A stretch of DNA of 64,000 bases from Nitrosopumilus sp. (GCA_965197525.1 OZ240211.1:1664001-1728000); one strand, 5' to 3'; shown: positions 21,685-33,357, counted from the stretch's first letter. Numbers and translations: made by a program. The notes: generated from the sequence alone by a model not told the origin.

Positions 21685-22195
21685 CCTTTTTTAGAATTTT
21701 TGGCAAGTAGATGTATGACATTATTCCTGCAAATACAAAGGCTCCCACAGTTATTGCGCCTATGAATATTATTCCAAACGGACTTTGTGTTCCCATGTTA
21801 AATGTATAGGTTAACGTATCAATATCTATACCATCAACGTCATACAAGTCAATCTTTACAATATGATTTCCAATGTTCTTCCAAACATAGTTAAAATCCC
21901 AATGTCCATTTTGTTGCGTTGTTGGTGGGATGGCATCTATCTGCTTGTCATGGTAGAATATCCTGATCCCAATGGTAAATTCTCCGACTTGCTCAAAGTT
22001 TTCATCAGTTACCCTTACGAGAAATTCAGACGGCTCATCAATCTGCGGGAATTCAGGGGCTGTTGCAACTTGAACCCTGTACCCTCCATAGAACTCTTCA
22101 GCAGAGTTAAACATGGAATGGCCGTACGCTAAACTAGAATATGCAGTTGTTGATATAATTAAAACTGAGACTACCATTAGGATTTGGTTTTTCAT
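21674..22195 (-). CDS. Secreted or membrane-anchored hypothetical protein
   Basis: Signal peptide and C-terminal TM helix. Confidence 0.7.
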   Translation of the reverse strand: MKNQILMVVSVLIISTTAYSSLAYGHSMFNSAEEFYGGYRVQVATAPEFPQIDEPSEFLVRVTDENFEQVGEFTIGIRIFYHDKQIDAIPPTTQQNGHWDFNYVWKNIGNHIVKIDLYDVDGIDIDTLTYTFNMGTQSPFGIIFIGAITVGAFVFAGIMSYIYLPKILKKVKP

Positions 22196-22442
22196 ACGTT
22201 GATTCGGATTTGTATATATTATAAGTTAATTTTATTCTTGAAATTTCTGTACCTTTTGTAAGATGTTACGTATCTGCTAGACAAGTGTAAAAAACAACAT
22301 TGATGAATATACAGTTTTTTAAATTAGAAATACGATAGTGTAGTTTGTCATCATGCAAAAAGATGAAAAAACTCTATGTATGATCTTGGTACATGCCCTA
22401 CAATCTTCAAAACCTTTAAATTCATATCTGAAAGAAATCATA

Positions 22443-23060
22443 ATGTTGACTCTGGTAACTAAATCAATAGATGTGAAGACTCCTGTTGATAACGTCTTTA
22501 CTTACTTTGCAAGACCAGAACATGTCTCTGATCAAATAAAATCTGATGCTGTGGGAATGACAGTAGTTCCTATGGATATCAAAGAAGGGATGGGCGTAGG
22601 TACAACCTTTAGAATAATTGGCGACTTTAGCGGTAAACGCTTGGAATGGGATTGTGAGACAACTGAATTCATTAGAAATGAAAAGATCAGCGCAAAACAG
22701 ATTGAAGGCCCTTTTAAGAGATGGGTAATCACAAACGAGTTCAAAGCGCTAGGTAACAACCTTACTCGAGTAACTATGTCTGTCGATTATGAGATGCCAT
22801 TTGGCCCACTAGGTGCAATTATGGACAAAGCCAAGTTTGCAAAATCTGCTGAACGTGGAATGGAGACTGCACTGTACAATGTTCGTGGTCTGTTAGAGGG
22901 AAATGGTTCAATTCCGGTATACATTACACTTGATGCATACCAAAAACTGTTGGCCGAAAAGAAAAAGATGAACGACGTACCTGTTTCAACTGCATTGACT
23001 GCCATTATAGAAAAGTACAATGAGATTGAGACAGAAGCAACTACAGCACAACAACAATAA
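22443..23060 (+). CDS. SRPBCC/START-like (polyketide cyclase-family) protein
   Basis: SIDVKTPVDNVF.YF...EGPFKRW pattern; ATG at 22443 preferred over 22353. Confidence 0.8.
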   Translation: MLTLVTKSIDVKTPVDNVFTYFARPEHVSDQIKSDAVGMTVVPMDIKEGMGVGTTFRIIGDFSGKRLEWDCETTEFIRNEKISAKQIEGPFKRWVITNEFKALGNNLTRVTMSVDYEMPFGPLGAIMDKAKFAKSAERGMETALYNVRGLLEGNGSIPVYITLDAYQKLLAEKKKMNDVPVSTALTAIIEKYNEIETEATTAQQQ

Positions 23061-23121
23061 TCTTTTCACATATTTTAAAATCTCAAGATTAATAACAACT
23101 CTGAATTTGTTTATGTTTAGT

Positions 23122-23195
23122 GGGTCTATGGCGCAGCCAGGTAGCGCACCGGACTCTTAATCCGGTTGTCAAGGGTTCGAATCCCTTTAGACCCG
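23122..23195 (+). tRNA. tRNA-Lys(CTT)
   Basis: GGGTCTA...CCGGA-CTCTTAA-TCCGG...GGTTCGAATCC...TAGACCC cloverleaf. Confidence 0.95.
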
Positions 23196-23567
23196 CTTTC
23201 ATTGTGAGGCCTTGGCCTGTCTGTTATTACTGCAATCTTTCCAAAACATCAATGCGTGGACTTGAGAGAGATACTCGACGAATGTTGTTGTTGCTGCATT
23301 GAAGCAATCGTACATCCTGAAAAACGGCCTTTCCCGAAAGGCAAACGCCGAGATTGTACGCGGAAGGCTCGGCCCTGACGACAGACGCTCCATACTGCGG
23401 TGCATCAAAGGCTGCGATGAAACCATCAGCACGGGCGAATTTGCGTCCCGGCCTTGTTCAAATTTGTAGATCTGGCTAAATACAATTCCACAAGCATTGC
23501 TAAATCGTCGAAATTGAGCAGGGCAATCAGAGACGAGTGTCAAATGCATGGATGGTAAATGCAATAA

Positions 23568-24083
23568 TCAATTATCCTTTGTTTGAATGTCTAGGTAAAA
23601 TACATCCCGTTCTTTGTCGTCTTGAGGCACATAAGTAAACCCTCGATTGGTGTAGAAATTTCTGATTTTTAGATCATCTTCTGGGTTTAACACGACTGCC
23701 CTGCATCCGATTCTTTTGGAATGGCGCACGGCTTCTTTAATTGCCCATGCTATGAGATTTGTTCCTACTCCCTTCTTTCAGTCCTTGTGGGTTGCCCGGT
23801 GACCGATCAATAATGCCGGAATGTTCCCGTACCCTTTTCACTGCAGCCGCTCGTCTCTTTCTGGCCTTATGTGAGCCATCGCAATCGTGACAAACCCGAT
23901 CATTTTTTTCTTGTACATGCAACCAAATCTAACCCATCCCCTCTTTCATGTCGCTGAACGCAGTGACGCGATAGTACTCTCAGTGTATGACGGGTTTCTG
24001 CATTCAAATTCTGAATCCTTGGACACGGTCGGGTCTAACATGATAATAGAAACATCTTCGCTAAAATCAATGTCTAGAGTCAA
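23568..24083 (-). pseudogene. GNAT acetyltransferase toxin (TacT/AtaT-like) relic
   Basis: Manual translation gives FEC.NPSY...IPALLIGH.ATHKD*KKGVGTNLIAWAI...GCRAVVL...NFYTNRGF with stops and a frameshift; not in the ORF track. Confidence 0.75.
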
Positions 24084-24451
24084 TCCGAATAAAAATTACG
24101 CTTCTTTCAATTTGCTGGCAAGTTCTATGGCAGCCTTTACGGTCTTGATGGATTCCTTGGTAGGACCTGCTTTCAAACCTGTTTCCATTGTTTGTCACAT
24201 TGGTTTTACTTCCCTCAAAACCATGTAGCCCGTCCACGCCCATAATAGAAACATCTTCGCTAAAATCAATGTCTAGAGTCATGATCCGAATAAAAATTAC
24301 GCTTCTTTCAATTTGCTGGCAAGTTCTATGGCAGCCTTTACGGTCTTGATGGATTCCTTGGTAGGACCTGCTTTCAACTGGCCGGTCACCTGTTTCCATT
24401 GTTTGTCATTCATTGGTTTTACTTCCCTCAAAACCATGTAGCCCGTCCACG
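24043..24451. repeat. Tandem duplication of about 200 bp (24043-24238 and 24242-24451)
   Basis: Near-identical copies; copy 1 is about 12 bp shorter. Confidence 0.95.
24297..24437 (-). CDS. 46-aa putative antitoxin (resembles the DUF1778 C-terminus); broken copy at 24096-24224
   Basis: MVLREVKPMNDKQWKQVTGQLKAGPT...; lies directly upstream of the GNAT start. Confidence 0.5.
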   Translation of the reverse strand: MVLREVKPMNDKQWKQVTGQLKAGPTKESIKTVKAAIELASKLKEA

Positions 24452-24644
24452 ATTCTGTCATATAACTTGTACTTACAAAATCCTGATATTTTGTGTCACA
24501 GTAATGGATCGGTATTTCGCTGGTCGTGGGGGAAACATGGCAGAACATATACCAAGAACTAAAATTTCGTGCAATTATCTAATATTTTTGACTTTATGCA
24601 TGTTAGCCTTGGTCTTAGACACATAATCAATTAGATGTAAGACG

Positions 24645-25615
24645 ATGCTAAAGAGATATGCTGCCGAAATTAATGGCAGGATAAAGGATCATATGATGTT
24701 GAACATCAGAATCAAGCGTGACGGCATGGGTACACGCGAGGCTGCCAAAGCCCTTGGGAAATCCGCGTCATAGGGATGCAAGTGGTATGCAAGATACAGA
24801 CAGGTGGGATTCGACAACCTGGATGACCGGCCGCATACAGGCAGGCCACCCAAAGTGGACAGGACTGCCATGAAGAAGATTCGAAGGAATGCCTGCAAAA
24901 AGATCATCTGGACCGGCAGGGATATGCAGGAATATATCTTCAAGAACACATGTACAAAATACGCCATCATACACATCCGTTACCTGCTAAGAAGGTGGGG
25001 CTACGCCCAGAAGGTTACGGTCGGGGTGCACGCAAACAGGAGGATGTCTGCCGAAAAGATCTACACATTTCAAAAAGAGATTGCAGATGTAATAAAAAAA
25101 ACGACGGGAAAGGAATAGTCACCGCAATACGGAACGAATCCATAGTGATTGCAGGGCTCCAGGCACGAAAACGTGGCTATACCAGAAGGAGAGTACGCGC
25201 ATCATAAGTATACACGGGTTCGCACTCAAAGACCATAGTGTTCGGACTGCTTACCACCGACGGCAGAAGGATGTTCAGACAGTACGACAGGTTTGACATG
25301 CACGCCTTTGCCAGGTTCCTCAAGGCTGCAGTACGCAGGTTTGGGAGGATCTGTATTATACTTGACAGAGCCCCGCAGCACCGTGCAAAGATGATATGCC
25401 ATCTTGTCGAGAGGGTGGAGGGCCTGACGCTAAAGTTTCTCCTGACTGCAATTCCTGAGATCAGCGCGATTGAGCCGTACTGGAAGGGACTCAAGCGCAA
25501 GGTGCTTGATGTACCGCACACCAGTCTGACCATGCTGCGCAAGGCAATTACTATATACACAAGGTATGCAAAACCCAACCTTGATGTTGAAACGTTTCTG
25601 TACCGCATCATCTAG
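24645..25615 (+). mobile_element. IS630-family transposase, degraded
   Basis: HTH ORF (DDRPHTGRPPK) with an in-frame TAG, an A8 slippery site near 25095-25101, and a DDE part (ILDRAPQH, PEISAIEPYW) with a further frameshift. Confidence 0.88.
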
Positions 25616-26282
25616 AGCAACATGTGATTTTATGCAGTACGTATACAGCGTAAGCTGTACACAAGTGTATTGTACAACATGAAACACTGAATCTGTCAAC
25701 TGCACTATCAATGATCAAGACATGCTGAGTGCGTCAGACTGCTACAATTAGGTCGCTGGAAAAATATTCCACTAATTTTTCATCGTTGGTATATTTAGAT
25801 GAGACTGTATTTCTAACCGGTCACAGCATAACCCAAATTCGAGTATCAATACAATGTTAATTGGTAATTAGGCCGATTTTGGGTAATTCTGGGTTAGCTG
25901 ATAAACAGTACTGATCATTCCAGTCAACCCTGGCAGAACTCAAGCCTGCATTACACATGTACGTTAATTCTCAAAGATAAATCAATCTGTTAATAAAACA
26001 AAAAAGCTAAAATGGCTACACATAATATCTTGAAAAACCACTTCAGAAACGTGGCCTGTTACGCTAAATGATCTAACCCTGAATTTTATCATTAAAAATC
26101 AAAGTAGACGATTACACAAAGTACGGACAAACTTGGTCTTCTTGATAAAGGGCAAAGTGCCGAGGTCATATCAAATACAAAATTTTGAGCGATAGTAATT
26201 AAATCGATTGGAGTTGATGCTGTGGCGGCATTGACAGACTTTCAAGAAAGGCCTTTGCTACTAGAAGAAGAAATTGATTGAC

Positions 26283-26315
26283 TCAAAAAAAAAAAAAAAA
26301 AAATTTTTTTTTTGA
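26283..26315. repeat. TC-A19-T10-GA homopolymer hairpin
   Basis: Read directly from the sequence. Confidence 0.85.
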
Positions 26316-26419
26316 ACTGGATACCAAAATTCAAGATTATACATTCTTGTTCTTCTGAACTTGACCCTTGATGTTTTCTGTAGCTGTATGTTGTATCTGC
26401 AAGAAACTCGTCATCTGCA

Positions 26420-27127
26420 TCAACTGTTACCGGCCTTTTCCATTATCTCCAACAGGTGTGAGTGCCTGTTCTGAATCTCTTCCTTAAAATAATGATTCCC
26501 GCCATGAAACGCACCTTCCTCCTCTGCCAGTGAGGCCTCCAAGACGCCCTTCCAAATCTCCAGATCTTCCATGTCTGCACATAGCTGCTCTAAAACTTTA
26601 TCATAATACACCATAAAGTCTCCAAACACGACCATCGACCAGCCAACCAGATATTTAATATTTTTACACCTCTCCTCGACAGAAAGATCCTGTCCTGCGA
26701 CGCACTTTCCCAAGTTCTCCATGCACTCCTCAAAGAATGGCCAGATATCGCCCATGCTGTCATCCAGGATCTCATAGTGCATCCCTATTGACTCTGTCAT
26801 GCCCTTGTACATCCAGGCAGCTATGTTCAGATATCCTTCCCTCATCATGGCATCAGCGTCACTGCTGTGCGAATAAAAATCTAGATTGTGATAGTCAGGT
26901 ACAACACCGTGTTTCATTTCGCTTGCTATCCTTGTGTCAATCTCAAAGCGAACGTCTCTGCAATCTCCTCTTGCCCACGCCTCAAAACGCTCTTGGGTGT
27001 TGCCGTCAAGTTCATCCTCGTCGCGCAAAAGCAGTCGGATGTTTGCAACAGGCGCCCGTATCATGTGTCTTCCTTTGAGGTGTTTCCAGTCCACCTTGGC
27101 ATTTCGAATCCATTCAGGGTCTACCAT
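26420..27127 (-). CDS. Hypothetical acidic protein
   Basis: 235-aa ORF with no family motif recognised. Confidence 0.7.
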   Translation of the reverse strand: MVDPEWIRNAKVDWKHLKGRHMIRAPVANIRLLLRDEDELDGNTQERFEAWARGDCRDVRFEIDTRIASEMKHGVVPDYHNLDFYSHSSDADAMMREGYLNIAAWMYKGMTESIGMHYEILDDSMGDIWPFFEECMENLGKCVAGQDLSVEERCKNIKYLVGWSMVVFGDFMVYYDKVLEQLCADMEDLEIWKGVLEASLAEEEGAFHGGNHYFKEEIQNRHSHLLEIMEKAGNS

Positions 27128-27254
27128 ACAGTATACACCGCCACGACATTCTCATTTCCATGTGGTTTTGCAGGCATGATCTCCATATGGCACATCCGTG
27201 TGAATTCTTTATAAAGATTCCAATCATTATGTTTATGCGTAATAATTGTCTGCA

Positions 27255-27460
27255 TCAACAGGCATCAACTTTTTTGATCAACTCCGACACGTATGAGTGT
27301 CTTTTTCTAACCTCCTCCATAAAATAGGCATCGGTGTCATGAGACGAATATTTCTTCTTCCCCTCTGCCAGTACGGATTCCAAGGCACCCTTCCAAATCT
27401 CCAAGTCTTTTATGTTTACACATAATTTCTCCAGTGCTCTGTCGTAGTGTTTCCATTGGA
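27255..27460 (-). pseudogene. C-terminal remnant of a paralogue of 26420-27127
   Basis: HYDRALEKLCVNIKDLEIWKGALESVLAE aligns with YYDKVLEQLCADMEDLEIWKGVLEASLAE. Confidence 0.75.
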
Positions 27461-27849
27461 TAATAGCTCATTTTGATTTTATTATTTTTGTACATCTCTT
27501 GCATAAATATTAGAGATTATGGGTAATCTAGATTATGCATAATCTATTCAAACCTAGCAGTTGATCAATTTTAGTACCAGGACAAATATGAGTGATCATC
27601 TGATTCTATATCATACTAAACCAGCGTTAGTGCATATCAAATCCATCTGAGATCAAGATGTTGCAAGATGCTCTTGCACAGTCCAAAAGCGAGAACAAAA
27701 GACTAGAGAAGGTTGTAGAGCAAAAGGATAAAGAGATAGAGATGGCCACCAAGGAGCCAAAGAATATCCCAAGTTTATTTTAGAGATCACCAGAGACGGG
27801 TAATTTACGACGCAATATCGGATTCGCATCAGTACTTTCTACAGGAAAA

Positions 27850-28194
27850 AAATTCAACGGTCCGACGTTTCTCAAATTTGTCAAAAAACTGCTGGAACGA
27901 AGTGACAAAGCTGTCATTGCAATGGATGCCGCATCTCAACATAGAGCAAAGGATCTTAGAGAATTTGTAAAAGAGAACAGCCCCATGCTGCGGATAATGT
28001 ACCTTCCCACAGGATGTCCTGAACTCAGCGCAATTAAGGAATGCTGGTACCAGTTAAAGATTCAACCGTTCATGTATGAACATCACGAACAGGTAAGCGG
28101 GCGCGCACGAGCAGCAATGAAATATCTGAGAACTGCCACATTCAGTCAGAATATTGAACAATACCTGTTCAGAAAACTAATTGCAAAGACTTGA
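27850..28194 (+). mobile_element. IS630 transposase C-terminal remnant
   Basis: FNGPTFLKF...MDAASQHR...YLPTGCPELSAIKECW (DDE_3-like). Confidence 0.8.
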
Positions 28195-28204
28195 TGACGC
28201 CACT

Positions 28205-28375
28205 CTAGGAACTTGAATAAAGAAGAGGCTCGTAGATCGGAGTTGCATCGTCGATGATCTCGATCAATTCCTTTATCTTGCTACTTTGCTCTAACGCGTC
28301 TCTTATTGCATCTGTCTGTTCTATTATCTCTTTGTCCATGTGTCCAAAAACTATTTTAAATCTGTCTTCTGCCAT
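28205..28375 (-). CDS. 56-aa acidic protein coupled to the SDH protease
   Basis: ATG lies immediately after the protease stop. Confidence 0.55.
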   Translation of the reverse strand: MAEDRFKIVFGHMDKEIIEQTDAIRDALEQSSKIKELIEIIDDATPIYEPLLYSSS

Positions 28376-28376
28376 T

Positions 28377-29529
28377 TTATTTGACCACCCTTTTTCCAAA
28401 CTGTGATTCTATTTGTTGGCGTAACCGCACCAGATTTATTTTTTCACGGCATTTGGGACAATTAACCGAATCACTCAAAACTGGATATGCTATAGCGCCT
28501 TCTTTTAATTGCATGTTCTTTTCTAGGTTGGCCTGAACTTTAAGGTTATGCTTGCATTTTGTGCATGCAATATCTAATAAAAGACTCTTTTGGTTTTGTG
28601 GTGCAGGTTGCACTGGTGTCATAAAGCGGTAGATCTGCGAATCTGCTGTCTCAAAAATCTTGTATGCCATCGAGCTCTCAAAACTCATTCTCAACAAAAT
28701 GTAATAGCGAGTTATGGCTTCGTTTAACTCTTCATCCTTGCTGTAATCTGTGATTTTTACTTTAAGCTTTTCCAAGTCGTCAATTTTGATCGAACGTCCA
28801 TGTGTAAGCCATCTTGACTGGGAGCAAAGATCTGTCGCAATTTCTTTGGCCCTACTGCACCTTTCTTCTTCTGTAACATCGCGCCCGTCAGAATGCTTGT
28901 TCCAATACTTGAACTTGTACTTGGCAAGCCACTCTGTAACCAAATGCTTAGAAAAATTCTGAATGTTTTCGCAGTTTTGAATCTCTCCGGGCGATGTATT
29001 TTGCAGGATTGGAATGTATGCGGGGTTTAGCTTCTTTGTCTCTTCAACTTCTTTTTTTATTTTTTCGAGTCCTTCTAAGAACGCATCTGCTGAGAAACGT
29101 TTGCCGTTTGCTAGCTGTAGCTGTCCATCTATAGGACCTAAAGCAGATCCTTTGCCCATCAAGATCTCATCTCCTGCAGTAGCTAAAATCGTTCCCGCAC
29201 TTTTTGTGTATCCCGGGATTATCATTCCGACCGTTTCGTACTTTCCACGAATTAGGCTTACGATATCTTCTACAACTTCTCCTAGGCCTCCAGGAGTCTC
29301 CAACACTGTCTATTGCCTTGCCTGACAGGTTTTCTAGCTGGTCTTGAATTGCAAGAAGGTCTGTGTACTCGATTCCTATCGGTGCCCTAGCTTTGGAAAG
29401 GTCTGATGCAAACACCAAAATATCTCTATTGCCTCGAATCTTGGAAATGCTCGAAAGCATCTTTTTCCGTTCTTTTGTGATCTCCTCAAAGTTTTTGAAT
29501 TTTGTAAGATATTGCGCGTATATCCCCAA
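28377..29529 (-). pseudogene. SDH_sah/ClpP-like serine protease with a C-terminal Zn ribbon, frameshifted at about 29310
   Basis: LETPGG, KSAGT and ALGPIDGQ motifs; CTKC...CPKC; N-terminus in ORF 29167-29529 shifts frame at GKAID/..LETPGG. Confidence 0.8.
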
Positions 29530-30086
29530 GCCAAATGATTTATCTATTAAAATACTAATAAATTAACCGATCAAAGATTCTGTAACGTTATCTGGAGCTT
29601 ACATTACATTGGATTTTTCAGGTTCTATATGTCCTCCAGGCAGTTGGTGTAGTTCTGTTCTGCTGACACTGCCATCATTAACATAGCGGAACCTGAAAAT
29701 GCTGCATAATCGGGTCAGATTTGGTATGTTCCGCCCTTTGATCTGTATAAGCCCACCAGTGGCTTTCTACCGTCGTTTTTTCCGCAGACCAGAACTCGCT
29801 AGCGGCTCAATACCTTTAGACTCACTTTATTAATTACGTGTGTTGGATTTTACAATTATTCTTGGTATCAGTCATGTGGTATATTCTTTTACTCTGCGAA
29901 TAAAAGTACTGTAGAATAATATGTGTGGATACAGAAAATTAAACAATATTTGAGAATCTATGTTATTTACTGATTTGATTATTATTTTTGTGTGGTATTA
30001 GTTGATATTATTACTGTAGCCCTCATATAATCATAATCATAATAATAATTACCACTACCGCTATTCAAAATCGATTCAAAAGATCA

Positions 30087-30647
30087 TCATACCTTCTTTA
30101 CCAATGTGAACCTAGGCTTATCCGGCTCGATATCCTCATGCATATCCACATTGCTTACAATCTTTACTTTGTAATTCAGCCACTTGCTTTGCATATCCCG
30201 AAATTTACAATACTCATCAATTGGTTTTTCTGCCTGATCAAATCTCTCACAATTCATGATGAATCTACTTGCAACTCTGTGCATCTCTCTGATTCCTAGT
30301 TCTACTGTAGTATCATCCAAATAATTCATCAATCCATGTGTAAAGACAAAATCTATTGCAGAGTCCCCGAATGGTAACTTTGTAATGTCTCCCTTTTTAA
30401 AATTTGCAGACGGTAGGCTATTTTTTGCAATGCCAAGTGCATATTCATTGAGATCAACTCCCTGAACTGTCACACTCTCTTTTGCAATCAATCTCAAATC
30501 AATCCCTGTTCCGCAACCTATCTCTAAAACACTTGTACAACGCAGCCCCCTTACTAGTTCGCTTGTAAACTTTGCAAACTCTTCGTTATACCTTGATTCG
30601 TTTGTATCTGCGTACTCTCTCCAAAATCCTTCGTCATACCCTTTCAT
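30087..30647 (-). CDS. Class I SAM-dependent methyltransferase
   Basis: VLEIGCGTG, GVDLN and GDITKLPF motifs. Confidence 0.9.
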   Translation of the reverse strand: MKGYDEGFWREYADTNESRYNEEFAKFTSELVRGLRCTSVLEIGCGTGIDLRLIAKESVTVQGVDLNEYALGIAKNSLPSANFKKGDITKLPFGDSAIDFVFTHGLMNYLDDTTVELGIREMHRVASRFIMNCERFDQAEKPIDEYCKFRDMQSKWLNYKVKIVSNVDMHEDIEPDKPRFTLVKKV

Positions 30648-30903
30648 AACACTATCAAAACGATGCAGTATTTGTGTTATTAATTATCATGTTTGCATTG
30701 ACACGGAATTAACTTTGTACCAAAGGTACAATCATGGGGTCCGTCTGTTTTTTCTTGTGTTGGAATGTCTTTCATACAGTCATCATGACGTCCTTTTCTG
30801 CAAAACCAGCAGATGCTCTTCCTCCTCCCAGTCTCCTCTGTATCATACGTACCCATACCATTTACCTCTTAATCTTATACCTAAAAAACTAACTAGATGC
30901 CCG

Positions 30904-31836
30904 TCAGATAAATGTCAGCCATGACACAAATCGCTGATCCTTTCCCATCACAGCATCAGTAAATGCCTTTTGCAACTCTTTGGTTCTCTTTCCCATCTTT
31001 CCATCGCCTATCTTTATCTTGTCAATCTGAGTTACAGACTTTACTTCCGCTGCAGTCCCTGTCATAAAGACCTCATCAGCATCATACAGATCATCTCGCT
31101 GCAGGTTCTGCTCTACTACAAACTCTCCGTTCTCTTCTATAATTCTAATAACGCTATCTCTTGTTATCCCCTCTAAACCACCTGCTGACAATGGAGGCGT
31201 TCGAATCACATCATCTTTAACAATAAAAATATTCTCGGCACTGCCTTCTGCAACCATTCCTTGTGCATTTAGCATGATGGCCTCATCATATCCATTCTCC
31301 ATTGCCTCCATCCTGGCAAGTGCTGCATTTCCATAGTTTGATGCAGCCTTTGCCTGTGCGAATTGACATCTTGAGTCAATCTTTATCCAGCTTGAGATTT
31401 TGCATTTTGATCCGGAAAATTTACCTGCCTTTGACTCTCCCATACTCCACTCCCAACATGAGATTGAGACATCCACCTTGTTTTTAGTTGGCGTCAACCC
31501 CATAGAGCCATATCCGTAATACGCTAATGGTCTGATGTATGCCTCTTTTAGTCTGCATGCCTTTACTGTCTGTATAATCGCATCTGATATCTCTTTTTTA
31601 GAATATCGCATCTTCATCGAGTATAATTTTGCTGATTTGAAAAATCTGTTATTATGTTCTGGTAATCTGAAAATTGCTGATCCATTTGGCGTATTATAAC
31701 ATCTTATTCCTTCAAAGATTGATGTTGAATAATGTAGTGCATGAGTCAGTACGTGGACCTTTGCATCTTTGAATGGAACTAGTTTGCCATTCATCCATAT
31801 CTTGCCTACCTCCTTCATAGGCAATCGAAAAAACAT
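30904..31836 (-). CDS. ilvE: Branched-chain amino acid aminotransferase
   Basis: LHY...FEG, AEGSAENIF, LEGITR and FMTGTAAE motifs. Confidence 0.95.
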   Translation of the reverse strand: MFFRLPMKEVGKIWMNGKLVPFKDAKVHVLTHALHYSTSIFEGIRCYNTPNGSAIFRLPEHNNRFFKSAKLYSMKMRYSKKEISDAIIQTVKACRLKEAYIRPLAYYGYGSMGLTPTKNKVDVSISCWEWSMGESKAGKFSGSKCKISSWIKIDSRCQFAQAKAASNYGNAALARMEAMENGYDEAIMLNAQGMVAEGSAENIFIVKDDVIRTPPLSAGGLEGITRDSVIRIIEENGEFVVEQNLQRDDLYDADEVFMTGTAAEVKSVTQIDKIKIGDGKMGKRTKELQKAFTDAVMGKDQRFVSWLTFI

Positions 31837-31972
31837 ATCTAATTTAAATAATTACATTTAGCTTTGGGCTTTACAGTATTTTGCATGCAGACCCGACACT
31901 TTCCAAAATCTTTCCATGATTCCACAACACCCATTTACATAAGTACATATCATAATAATTCTATAAAGCTGT

Positions 31973-32188
31973 ATGGATTGGAATCTAGGTCTTGTGGCAA
32001 TAGTCATGTTGACTGTTGGACTAGTAGGTCAAGCATTTGAGATGCGAAAGATACGTCGCCTTGCAGACGAACAACATCATGCAGATTTAGAGAACCCTGT
32101 CAATATCTTTGTAAATAAAAGAAACTTCAAGTGGTATGTTATAATTGGCTTGGGTATACTTTTTTGGTATATTGCCGAGCGTAGCTAA
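31973..32188 (+). CDS. Small membrane protein
   Basis: Two hydrophobic helices. Confidence 0.65.
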   Translation: MDWNLGLVAIVMLTVGLVGQAFEMRKIRRLADEQHHADLENPVNIFVNKRNFKWYVIIGLGILFWYIAERS

Positions 32189-32646
32189 CATGATCTATAT
32201 AGATCAGAACTCACATCTAGTCTACATCTGGCTTTTCAAGCATTACTTTGCTGTTTGGCAGTGTGTCTATAAACCTGTAACCGTCTGCGATAAGTGTCTC
32301 TGCGCGGTCATTGTCTGCCACGACCTGACTTGGCCCGTATTGCTGGTGTTTGTAACGCCTCCAGCACTCAGCTAAGCTGTTCTGGCGGTGGCATTTTCTA
32401 TTACCTCTCTGGCCTCCTGTCTTTGTTCCAAGTTCAGATCGATTTCGGTTTGATCTAGGCGTTCTTCAGAACTCTTAAACGATTCACGCGTCTCTTCTCA
32501 TCCAAGTCTTTGGAATTATTTTGACAATGCATCCGATGTTAGCCACATAAAAGAAAATATATGAGTAATGCCTTAGTAACAATAAGGTAAAGGAGAGCCT
32601 ATCAATAATCTGTGTAAACGGTCTCGCTGAAATGACTCCGGTCGTT

Positions 32647-33357
32647 TCACCTTTCCTCCATTTTCCACTTTTCAATACTGGGAATTATTGAATCACCATA
32701 AATTGAATCAGACGTATGTTCCCACAATGGTTCAATTTGTTCATATCTATTGTTTTTTTCATGTTCATGATGTTGCCATACGGAGCGTGCAATAAAATCA
32801 GCACATTGTATGCCAGGACTCAGTTCGGAAGGACACAATTGGATGGTATTGAGTATATTTTCCAATTTATCATTTTTGGAAGGATGATATAGAAAACCCT
32901 GAATGTTAGTATCGTTTTTTCTAAACGCATGAATCTTCTCTCGTAATTTAGTGTCATTCTTATATTCTTCTTCATCAAAAATGACCATACCGACCATATT
33001 ATGTCTGGTAAGATACATTGAAAATTTACTTATGATTGAACGCATTGCAAGTTGTTTGGGATTATCCGCATCTGTCGAATAATTTTTTTTCATCTGTAAT
33101 TTATTAATTGAAGTGGATATGATAACAGGTTTTAAATCCAATAAAAGTTCAAAGACATCGTCTGCCATGTCTTTTCTTTGAATTTTTGCTAATTTTTGAT
33201 ATATGTTGTTTCCACACATTAGATCCAAATAATGTAATTCATAATAACCATCAGGATAGCTTGATTTCATCTCATCGGAGATATATTTTTCGAGTATCTT
33301 GCATGTTTTTTGCTTGATCTGTAAATCTTGTTCGGGTGTAAAAATTATTCCAGCCAT
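32647..33357 (-). CDS. DUF3800-like (RNase H-fold) protein
   Basis: ELHY, IFDEE and S.GIQCADFIA motifs. Confidence 0.7.
   Translation of the reverse strand: MAGIIFTPEQDLQIKQKTCKILEKYISDEMKSSYPDGYYELHYLDLMCGNNIYQKLAKIQRKDMADDVFELLLDLKPVIISTSINKLQMKKNYSTDADNPKQLAMRSIISKFSMYLTRHNMVGMVIFDEEEYKNDTKLREKIHAFRKNDTNIQGFLYHPSKNDKLENILNTIQLCPSELSPGIQCADFIARSVWQHHEHEKNNRYEQIEPLWEHTSDSIYGDSIIPSIEKWKMEER

Noticed and set aside
23196-30080. attR copy or integrase for the tRNA-Lys island
   Set aside because: No repeat of the tRNA-Lys 3' end and no integrase motif found; the 23199-23564 ORF could not be assigned
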